DNA of 32,000 nucleotides from Desulfobulbus propionicus DSM 2032 (GTDB lineage Bacteria; Desulfobacterota; Desulfobulbia; Desulfobulbales; Desulfobulbaceae): NCBI RefSeq assembly GCF_000186885.1, contig NC_014972.1, positions 540,001 to 572,000 of the forward strand, read 5' to 3'. Shown piece by piece: positions 19,760 to 27,320 of this stretch (position 1 is its first letter; each line of letters starts with the position of its first letter). The notes under the pieces were generated by a model. It saw only the letters and a program-made list of their open reading frames with translations, ran no database searches and was not told where the DNA came from. The position numbers and the translations under genes were made by a program.

Positions 19760-20061
19760 TAAATAAATAATGTCACCAGATTTATAGATATAACAAGTGC
19801 TAAGATTATTTTTGAGTAATTGTATTTTTTTATTTTTCCATTAATATTCCTTTTGTTAAAATTAAAAATAATTATAGATCCATAATAGTTAATAAAAATC
19901 AAAAAGAGCATTGCGAATAACGCTTTTGGCTCGCCCCAAGAATAAAAAAAAATACTTCCAGTGAGTAAAAGACTATTCCTGTGTCGATTATCTATAACAA
20001 AATAAGTTAAAAGTAAAAGTGGAAGAAATAATGAGAGAAATAGGGGCGAAGAGAAAGTCAT
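19760..20061 (-). pseudogene. MBOAT-family O-acyltransferase, N-terminal 100 codons (5' fragment of the IS-split gene)
   Basis: MTFSSPLFLSLFLPLLLLTYF...FFYSWGEPKALFAMLFLIFINYY is a typical AlgI/DltB N-terminus with 2-3 TM helices. The ORF terminates at a TAG (19759-19761) formed at the IS/target junction. Confidence 0.75.
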
Positions 20062-20094
20062 TATGATGATTGTTTAGATGGATTTAATTTTGAT

Positions 20095-21700
20095 GCATAA
20101 GGTTGACTGACACCTGAATCCGTGACGCCCTCGACCGGACCTCCTCGTTTGGGTCAGGCAGGGGCGATTGTCAGCCTTGCGGGCTGACACTGTGCTTGTC
20201 CACCGAACGCTACGGTTAATCTGGCGACTTTTTCATTGAAAAATCCGCATCTGCGCGAAACGAGGACAGGGGTATCCTGTATCACTCTGACTTTTTATTG
20301 TTTTCTTAATTTGCCGTCATCAGCCCCGAGTACACGGCACTGAAGGCGGCAAAGGCCGGGCAATGCCGGCTGAAGCGCAGCTTCAATCGCCTGCTGGTGG
20401 TGAGCAGCCGTCCGGCCAGATACATCAGCTCTTGGATCACAGTTCTCAGCCGTCTGCGTTTGGCCGAATGCCTCACCGGTCCAAAGGGGGCGATCTGGCC
20501 CGTCTGCCCGATAAAGCGGAGGATATTGTAGGCAAAGGCGCCCAAAGCCATCACCAGGGCGTTGGTGGCAAACTTGCCGTTCGGCAGCCGTTCGAGATCC
20601 AAGTCGGTCTTGAACTCGCTATGGAACTGCTCCGAGGTGGCATGCTGCCGATAGAGTTCGATCACATCTTCCGCAGCTGTCGTAAGGTCGGTCCACCAGC
20701 CCTCAAGGGTGATCTCCGGAGCGAGGAGAAACTGACCTTTTTTATCGATGGTCCGCTCAGTCACCCTGACGATTCGTTTGAAGGTATAGGTTATTTCTTC
20801 GACCTTTTTGCGCTCTTCGACGATTAGGGCGCCGACCCGCTTCCCTTCTCTGGGAGTCTTGACCGGTCCCTCGGCAAACACCCTGTCGCGCCAGGCGATG
20901 ACATCGCTTTCCCGGGGATTCCATTTGACGATGTAGTGGGTCTGCTCCGCGTCTTCCAGGGCGACCAAGGTCTCGAGGGCATCGTTGCCCGCGTCCGCGC
21001 GAACCCTGAGCGGCTGCTTGGTCAGATCCTTGGCGCCGGAAATCACCCGCTTGATGAAGTTGACAAACCCCTTCTGGCTATGCTGGCTGCCCGGCCGGAG
21101 TTCCCCCTCCAGGCACCAGCCCTCCATGCCGAGATAGGCAGCCATGGGAGCATAGCCATCGTAGTTCTTGTAGGTGCGGCTGACACCTTCCTTCTTGGTG
21201 TTGGAGTTATCCTGGGAAAAGACGTCCACATCCAGGGGGACCAGACCGCTCCGGTAGCCGGTGATCGGGGCTTTGAGCCGCTTGAGCATGGTTCGCGAAC
21301 TTCGATTGACCACCGGGATCAGCTCAGTTCCGGCCTCGTCCAGTCGTTGCCGCAGCCGCTCGACCGAGGGCACCCGGCCGATACCCAGGGCCTGTTTGAA
21401 ATAGTCGTCCTCTCGCATGGCGGCAATGGCCTGATAATCGCTCTTGCCCAGACACAACAGGCCCAGATAGCTGCGCAGGATATCGATCTCGGTAATGTGA
21501 TCGCTCCCCTTGGCCGCCCTGCCGACATACCGGCCAAGGTCACTGTACCGGTTGATGCAGGCGCCAGCCAAGGCCAGCCCGGAGTGGCTGGTGTAGAATT
21601 CTTCGCTGCTTTGCTCCAGGAGCATTCGTTTCATGTTTTCGCCTGCTGAGTGAGTTTTTCGAACAAGAGCATACTGCAATATTTTTATAAAAATTTCAAT
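20095..21700 (-). mobile_element. IS1380-like element, boundaries approximate
   Basis: The extent is inferred only from abrupt GC-rich/AT-rich transitions near 20095 and ~21690 around the transposase gene. I could not identify convincing terminal inverted repeats or a target duplication. Confidence 0.35.
20306..21634 (-). CDS. IS1380-family (IS4-superfamily) DDE transposase
   Basis: ~442 aa from the ATG at 21634; the tracked start at 21679 is a TTG. It has the N-terminal YTSHSGLALAG block typical of IS1380-type transposases, LRVRADAGN, and the C-terminal YRQHATSEQFHSEFKTDLDLERLP block. It is GC-rich relative to its AT-rich flanks. Confidence 0.72.
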   Translation of the reverse strand: MKRMLLEQSSEEFYTSHSGLALAGACINRYSDLGRYVGRAAKGSDHITEIDILRSYLGLLCLGKSDYQAIAAMREDDYFKQALGIGRVPSVERLRQRLDEAGTELIPVVNRSSRTMLKRLKAPITGYRSGLVPLDVDVFSQDNSNTKKEGVSRTYKNYDGYAPMAAYLGMEGWCLEGELRPGSQHSQKGFVNFIKRVISGAKDLTKQPLRVRADAGNDALETLVALEDAEQTHYIVKWNPRESDVIAWRDRVFAEGPVKTPREGKRVGALIVEERKKVEEITYTFKRIVRVTERTIDKKGQFLLAPEITLEGWWTDLTTAAEDVIELYRQHATSEQFHSEFKTDLDLERLPNGKFATNALVMALGAFAYNILRFIGQTGQIAPFGPVRHSAKRRRLRTVIQELMYLAGRLLTTSRRLKLRFSRHCPAFAAFSAVYSGLMTAN

Positions 21701-21828
21701 AATTTGATTTTAGAATCAGCTCTGTTTTATTGCTGATTTTTCACTGATTAAGGACTTATTGTTCCACCGCTTTTTCCTGGGAGGAATTTCGCCACAGAAA
21801 AGGAGAACTGAAATTGAAATCTTGATCG

Positions 21829-24800
21829 TTAACTCAAATTTCGTGGCAGGCACAAACTGGCCAACCTCGACGCGCTTTCCTTCCAAGTAAACCATGGCAT
21901 ACTGCATGATTTGGGATGATCGCTCGTTTTGTAAAGTTTGAGCCAATTGAGGATAGCTTGGGAGAGATTTTCTTGGGGGGTGTCATTGAAATAATAGGCA
22001 TGCTCACCAGCAACTTCTCGGAATACTGGGATATCTCTTGCAATAATTGGCAATTTACGCTTAGCGGCTTCGATCAGCGGTAGACCAAAACCTTCGCCAA
22101 AAGAAGCCGCGATGAGGCAGGCGCTGACCGCATATAATTTCTCCAAGTATTCATCGCTGATACCTTCCAGCCAGAAAAGGCGCTTGCCATTTTCCGGGTG
22201 AGTACGAAGTTGTTCAACCAAAGACTCCACCATCCAGCCCTGTTTACCGACAATGGCAAGATTGAACTGGTGGCCATTCATCCAGAGTTGCTCAAAGGCC
22301 GTAAGCACCTGTGCATACCCTTTTCTGGGTTCGATGGTACCGACCATCAGAAAGGTGTGGTACTCTTGCATGTGCCGCAGTACCTGTGCAGCGTTGTCCG
22401 GCACCCCTTGGGTGGGTACGGAACCGCTGATATCCGCGCCAAGGTGAAACCAGTCAACGTCAAAGGGCAATTGTCGTGCCTTAGCATTCTGTTCAAGCCA
22501 CGTCTGTAAATCGTTGGCAACAGACTCGGAAATACATATTGCCCCATCACTTTGTGCAACGACTTTCAGCCACGTTTGCAACAACTGAGAACCACCATTA
22601 ATAAAACAATGGGGCAACAACAGAAGCAGCAGATCGTAGACGATAAATTTGACAGTGACGCCAGCACGTCGCATGGTCTGGTAGAAGTTCTGCTGAGCGG
22701 GAACGACCAAAGGTTGGAAATCTAAACCGAGGAAAACATCACCCGCGTGATAGCAGATGGGATCGTCATCCAATAAATCGCTTGGGCAGTCTAAGAAATC
22801 CAAGGTGAATTGACGGGCATATCGATAGCCGGGGTTGTCTGGAGTGGCATAGACCGGTTCGATGCGATATCCCCGTGGGGGGGTTCGCAACCACTCCTGC
22901 AGGATAGAGCGCACGACACGCTGAATGCCGCTACGAGCGTCTCGCTGAACAAGTTCGGAAATGTCGACAAACAGTTGCGCTTGCGCCGAACGGGGGACAA
23001 TAGAACGGTCGATCGCCTCCGCTGCCCTCCGGAGGTGCTCGTCGCTAAGGTGAGGGCCATCAAGGGTAGCGATTGCGCGTACCAACGCTGTTAAACCAGC
23101 AGATGATAAATTGTGGAAATTTTCAATTGCTGCGTAATAACTGGTAGCACAGGCTCGCGGCGCATGACAGGTTTGAATCATTTCTTGTGCAGAAATTCCA
23201 AGGGTGTAGCGCTGATCGGAGTTCTCACGGAGCGTGACAAGCGCTTGGGCTAATTGTTCGTCAGTGAATTCGTCAGGCAGTTTCCAGACTGCATTTGCTG
23301 GCAAGTCAGCCATGCTGCCGTTGGCATTAACAATGGTGGCCAAGCCGTAATTCATGCAATCAAGAACTGCTGCGGAGGTTTCCCCACGGGAAAGCGTGCG
23401 TAACTGCACTCCGACATCAGCGGCATGAAGGTACTGGCGAAACAAAGATGCATCTGTCCACCCCGTGATGCGGATACGTTCCTTGCTATCATCGCTTCTA
23501 GCGATCTTATCACGTAGGGTTGTGCCGTACTCACCAGCATCATTTTCCCCGACAAAGATCAAGATGCATTGATCATCTTCCGCCAAGGGCGAACTGAGCC
23601 AAGCGTCCAGCACTCTATGATTGAGTTTGCTGGGACCCATCATTCCAAAACTACATACAATATATTGATCCTGCCCCAGGCCTAAAACTCGGCGGGCAGT
23701 ATTGCGCTTCGCAACAGTGGTTTTTACAGCTATGCGCAATAGCGGTATGTGGGCCCAATCACTACCAGTGTTTTCGCCGTACCACTGCTGCGCCAAACGA
23801 CGTGAATTCTCGGAATGAATAATAACACCTTGAGCATCTTGCAGTACGGCGTGATTGCAAGGATATCTCCACACTACCTTGGCAAGGTCAGGCTCGATAA
23901 ACCTGTGCTGGAGGGCCGCATAGCCATGACTCGAATAGAGAGATTGACTCCACATTCCTGGTGAAAGACCGTGATAATCCATGTGCGCGATGATTCCGGA
24001 GAGATAGAAATCATGCAGAACTACAACCCCAGGAATCTCCCTAAGCAGGGCAAACATGTGCTGATGAAAGCTTGAGTTACCAAAGTGGTAAAGAACCCTG
24101 TCGAATTGGGTTGCGTTGGCGAAGAACCATTGGATACTGCGTTGAGGACAATTTGCCTTGATCCATGGGGGTGAAACTACCTCTTGCGCGAGGATGACAT
24201 CAATGTCGTAAAATCGAGCAAGTTCGGGCAGCAACTCTGCGCTGTAATCGGAAATACCGCTACGTTCCGGAGGCAAGGGCGAAACATAAGCAAGGCGTGG
24301 GCGATGACGTGGGAGAGCTCGTACAGTACGGTCCGTTGCATGGCTGGCAACACAACGTTCCAGAGCTTCAATAGCCAATTTTGCACTTTTGTCCCAGGAA
24401 AACCGTTTTGCTTGTTTAATACCGTGCTGTTCCAGTGAGTGTCTGAATCCTTTGTCAACTAAAACTTGGTGGAGTTTGTTGGCAATCGCCTCGTCGTCAA
24501 AGGGGTCAAACAATGCATCCTTCCGGCTAATAACCTCAGGCAGACTGGAGCGATTGGAAGCGATGACGGCCCGGCCGCAAGACATGGCTTCAAGTGCTGG
24601 GAGCCCAAAGCCCTCGTGCCACGAGGGAAAGACGAACGCTTTGCATAAATTATAAAGTGCAAGCAAGTCTTCCTCCGGCACGTACCCCGTGAAGACAACT
24701 TCTTCGGCAGTTAGACCTTGTTGAGATGTTAAAAGGTGTAAGCGTTTGCGTTCCGCCGGCTGGATTGAACACACTACGGCAAGTTGATGTGACTTGCGGA

Positions 24801-25581
24801 TTGGCGCGGCAAGTCTTGCATAGGCTCGAATTAGGCCGTCAATGTTTTTTCGGTGATCGATGCCTCCTGTATACAACACATAAGGTTTATGGATGCCGTA
24901 CCGTTGCCGTAAGCCTGCTTCTTTTTTTGGTTTAATGCACATTGGGAGAAACTGGGAGTCCGCAGCAGTGGATATGTTGACCACTTGCTCGCCTGGTGTG
25001 CCCAGATGCTCGATGCTTTCTTGTCGGCTTGATTCTGAAATAGCCAATTGCAAATCAGTTCGGCGCAAGTGCATAAGCTTGTTTTCATACCAACGCTCAA
25101 CGACGGCATTTTCCAGGTAGGGTTTTCGATAAATAAATGGAATTAAATCGTACAGTATTGTGGCGATAGGGATGGATTGATTGAAACGTCTCACACTAGT
25201 AATAGCATCATCCACCAATCCCTCAAACAAACTTGAGATGAGGATAATCGAAGGATTTAGACTGAAAAGAAACGCCTCGTAAATCAACTCAGAAATCCTT
25301 CGAAATCGGTCGTTTGCCGCGTTTATGTGGTTGACGGTCCCACAGGGATACCAAACACGGATGTTTTCCTGCGGCAGCAGGCCGTAAAATGCTTCTCGAA
25401 TTGAAGTGATACTATCTTCGAATCGCCCGTTTAACGCCAGAATAACTTCATTTTCTTTACAGTTAAGGGTAATCTCTTTGGCCAATGCCAGCGTGTAGCG
25501 ACCGATACCGCGAAAACGATTTTCTGCTTGCGCACCCTGCATATCGATTACAATACGCATCAGACTGGCTCCTTGTGCCAT
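21829..25581 (-). CDS. Three-module GT4 glycosyltransferase (candidate glycan polymerase, WbdA/WbpX-like)
   Basis: 1250 aa in three modules.
- Module A (~aa 8-412): MRIVIDMQGAQAENRFRGIGRYT and HEGFGLPALEAMSCG.
- Module B (~428-825): RLAYVSPLPPERSGISDYS, GNSSFHQHMF and SRGETSAAVLDCMNYG.
- Module C (~868-1250): LFVDISELVQRDARSGIQRVVR and FGEGFGLPLIEAAKRK.

The likely true start is the ATG at 25560 (MRIVID...), which overlaps the upstream stop by 1 nt (TGATG). Confidence 0.85.
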   Translation of the reverse strand: MAQGASLMRIVIDMQGAQAENRFRGIGRYTLALAKEITLNCKENEVILALNGRFEDSITSIREAFYGLLPQENIRVWYPCGTVNHINAANDRFRRISELIYEAFLFSLNPSIILISSLFEGLVDDAITSVRRFNQSIPIATILYDLIPFIYRKPYLENAVVERWYENKLMHLRRTDLQLAISESSRQESIEHLGTPGEQVVNISTAADSQFLPMCIKPKKEAGLRQRYGIHKPYVLYTGGIDHRKNIDGLIRAYARLAAPIRKSHQLAVVCSIQPAERKRLHLLTSQQGLTAEEVVFTGYVPEEDLLALYNLCKAFVFPSWHEGFGLPALEAMSCGRAVIASNRSSLPEVISRKDALFDPFDDEAIANKLHQVLVDKGFRHSLEQHGIKQAKRFSWDKSAKLAIEALERCVASHATDRTVRALPRHRPRLAYVSPLPPERSGISDYSAELLPELARFYDIDVILAQEVVSPPWIKANCPQRSIQWFFANATQFDRVLYHFGNSSFHQHMFALLREIPGVVVLHDFYLSGIIAHMDYHGLSPGMWSQSLYSSHGYAALQHRFIEPDLAKVVWRYPCNHAVLQDAQGVIIHSENSRRLAQQWYGENTGSDWAHIPLLRIAVKTTVAKRNTARRVLGLGQDQYIVCSFGMMGPSKLNHRVLDAWLSSPLAEDDQCILIFVGENDAGEYGTTLRDKIARSDDSKERIRITGWTDASLFRQYLHAADVGVQLRTLSRGETSAAVLDCMNYGLATIVNANGSMADLPANAVWKLPDEFTDEQLAQALVTLRENSDQRYTLGISAQEMIQTCHAPRACATSYYAAIENFHNLSSAGLTALVRAIATLDGPHLSDEHLRRAAEAIDRSIVPRSAQAQLFVDISELVQRDARSGIQRVVRSILQEWLRTPPRGYRIEPVYATPDNPGYRYARQFTLDFLDCPSDLLDDDPICYHAGDVFLGLDFQPLVVPAQQNFYQTMRRAGVTVKFIVYDLLLLLLPHCFINGGSQLLQTWLKVVAQSDGAICISESVANDLQTWLEQNAKARQLPFDVDWFHLGADISGSVPTQGVPDNAAQVLRHMQEYHTFLMVGTIEPRKGYAQVLTAFEQLWMNGHQFNLAIVGKQGWMVESLVEQLRTHPENGKRLFWLEGISDEYLEKLYAVSACLIAASFGEGFGLPLIEAAKRKLPIIARDIPVFREVAGEHAYYFNDTPQENLSQAILNWLKLYKTSDHPKSCSMPWFTWKESASRLASLCLPRNLS

Positions 25582-27320
25582 CGTTCGATGGCCTTTTTTA
25601 AATCATTATAAATTTGACAGGCGCGGGGGGAAAGTTGCTTTTGGTCCCCATCTTTTTGCCTATTTAACGGGGAAGCTTGACAATTGTCGGAAAGTGGCTT
25701 CTGATCTACAAGGTTTTGTCGATGCTGTAAGCGAACTGGATGGTTGCCAAGTAACCTCAGATGCGCCTTTAATTGAGGGAAGGGTTCCAGGCAACGCAGG
25801 ACCAGTGTTTTGAGGCGTGGGCGGCGGGCAACATACAACTTGAGGTGCATTGCGGCCTGTCGTGCGGTCCTTCGGGGTCTGCTTCCGGGGGCGAGGGTGA
25901 TCCAAGCACGACTGCCACGTCCAACCCAGCGTATTGCCGTACTCATCCACCTGAGCGGTGCGGTTGTTCGCCAGGACCGACTATTGAGCACGGCCTGATG
26001 TATGGCAATGGCCTGCTGCACCCTCTGTTCGGCGTTCTGCACCGCAGTTTCGGCCTGCTGCACCCTCTGTTCGGCGCTCTGCGCCGCGGTTTCGGCACGC
26101 TGCACCCTCTGTTCGGCGTTCTGCACCGCAATTTCGGCCTGCTGCACCCTCTGTTCGGCGTTCTGCACCGCAGTTTCGGCACGCTGTGCCCTCTGTTCGG
26201 CGCTCTGCGCCGCGGTTTCGGCACGCTGCACCCTCTGTTCGGCGTTCTGCACCGCAGTTTCGGCACGCTGTGCCCTCTGTTCGGCGCTCTGCGCCGCGGT
26301 TTCGGCCTGCTGCACCCTCTGTTCGGCGTTCTGCACCGCAGTTTCGGCACGCTGTGCCCTCTGTTCGGCGCTCTGCGCCGCGGTTTCGGCACGCTGCACC
26401 CTCTGTTCGGCGTTCTGCACCGCAGTTTCGGCACGCTGTGCCCTCTGTTCGGCGTTCTGCGCCGCAGTTTCGGCCTGCTGCACCCTCTGTTCGGCGTTCT
26501 GCACCGCGGTTTCGGCACGCTGTGCCCTTTGTTCGGCCGTTTGAGCTGTGGTTTCGGCCATGCCAATGCGGGCTGTTAGATATTGCTGATATCGACCAGC
26601 AATGTTTTTCAGGTCAATCCCATAGTCCTTTGCAAAGGGGGCAGCGGTTGTCTGCATTATGAACGGATCCGCCACTCTTTGGGCAATCACGGCATAATCA
26701 GGGCTTACACCTTCCAAAACGTCCATGACAGTCAATGTTTCACAATATGCCAGTTTAGGGGATTCCTGCAATCGGACAATTTTTACTCGGTTGAAACCAT
26801 AATGCACTGGTAGAAAGCTTAAGAGTTCAGGGGGGATGGGGCGCCTATGGGTTGGGTCTAAATAAAAATTTTTTGTTGCGACGGCCAAATTCTCCGGATT
26901 GGGCGTTTCAAGGATCAACAAACCTCCTGGCAGCAGCACCCGGAGGGCCTCCTGTATCAGTTTCTGCAATTTTGCAAACGGTATATGCTCAACAACATGA
27001 AATGCAGTAACTGCGGCCTGGCTAGCTTCAGGCAATTCCTCTAAGGCCTCGACAGCATCTTTGATGGCAACCCGCAGATTTCGCTCTTGGCAGGCGGCAA
27101 GCATCCCCTCATCCAAGTCAACCCCGTAGGCATGAAAACCGGATTCGTTGAGCAATTCTAGCCATTCACCCCGACCGCAACCTAGATCGATAGCTTCGGC
27201 CGCCTCATATATCCTTGACAAGGGGGTTACAAAAGGTAGGTACACCTGCAAGCGAGATTTGATTAATTCTCGGGGACCACGATGCTTTTCTTCAAAGGCT
27301 CGGTAAAAATTATGTTCCAT
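25560..27320 (-). CDS. Class I SAM-dependent methyltransferase fused to a 182-aa repeat-built coiled-coil/helical rod and a basic C-terminal region
   Basis: 586 aa. MT motifs are AIDLGCGRGEWLELL, AFHVVEHIP, LLPGGLLILETPNPEN and YLDPTHRRPIP. Residues 255-436 are 13 units of a 14-aa repeat, AETA[AV]Q[NS]AEQR[AV]Q[RQ]. The last 150 aa are Arg-rich. The ATG overlaps the upstream stop by 1 nt (TAATG at 27320). Confidence 0.8.
   Translation of the reverse strand: MEHNFYRAFEEKHRGPRELIKSRLQVYLPFVTPLSRIYEAAEAIDLGCGRGEWLELLNESGFHAYGVDLDEGMLAACQERNLRVAIKDAVEALEELPEASQAAVTAFHVVEHIPFAKLQKLIQEALRVLLPGGLLILETPNPENLAVATKNFYLDPTHRRPIPPELLSFLPVHYGFNRVKIVRLQESPKLAYCETLTVMDVLEGVSPDYAVIAQRVADPFIMQTTAAPFAKDYGIDLKNIAGRYQQYLTARIGMAETTAQTAEQRAQRAETAVQNAEQRVQQAETAAQNAEQRAQRAETAVQNAEQRVQRAETAAQSAEQRAQRAETAVQNAEQRVQQAETAAQSAEQRAQRAETAVQNAEQRVQRAETAAQSAEQRAQRAETAVQNAEQRVQQAEIAVQNAEQRVQRAETAAQSAEQRVQQAETAVQNAEQRVQQAIAIHQAVLNSRSWRTTAPLRWMSTAIRWVGRGSRAWITLAPGSRPRRTARQAAMHLKLYVARRPRLKTLVLRCLEPFPQLKAHLRLLGNHPVRLQHRQNLVDQKPLSDNCQASPLNRQKDGDQKQLSPRACQIYNDLKKAIERWHKEPV
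26013..26558. repeat. Tandem repeat, 13 x 42 bp (coding, in frame), with identical higher-order 84-bp blocks
   Basis: By hand alignment, the units starting at 26013, 26139 and 26307 are identical. The units at 26181, 26265 and 26349 are identical, as are those at 26223 and 26391. The 84-bp block 26181-26264 equals 26349-26432. No stop codon occurs in four of the six frames across the array: both-strand ORFs at 25773-26579, 26002-26544 and 26186-26662 on + and 25943-26566 on -. Confidence 0.95.

Noticed and set aside
20233..21747. A candidate pair of terminal inverted repeats for the IS1380-like element: TCATTGAAAAATCCGCA at 20233-20249 and TGCTGATTTTTCACTGA at 21731-21747.
   Set aside because: It is a low-complexity AT-rich match with two mismatches and no flanking direct repeat. 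It would also leave the GC-rich 20095-20232 tract unexplained. I have not adopted it as the element boundary.
21716..21946. A 76-aa ORF overlapping the 3' end of the three-module GT gene and the AT-rich spacer.
   Set aside because: It is out of frame with, and mostly inside, a well-supported gene. It has no motifs and is probably spurious.
26013..26558. A regularly spaced repeat array that could be mistaken for a CRISPR locus.
   Set aside because: The units are contiguous (42 bp head to tail) with no unique spacers. The array lies in frame inside a protein-coding gene, and no cas genes are present in the window.
25773..26662. Four long ORFs overlap the repeat array in other frames and strands. 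They are a 180-aa Cys/Ala-rich ORF at 26002-26544 (+), a 158-aa Arg/Pro-rich ORF at 26186-26662 (+), a 268-aa ORF at 25773-26579 (+) and a 207-aa ORF at 25943-26566 (-).
   Set aside because: They exist only because the 42-bp unit lacks stop codons in those frames. Their sequences are periodic low-complexity translations of the same repeat, with no independent start context. Only the 25560-27320 (-) frame continues into recognisable domains on both sides.
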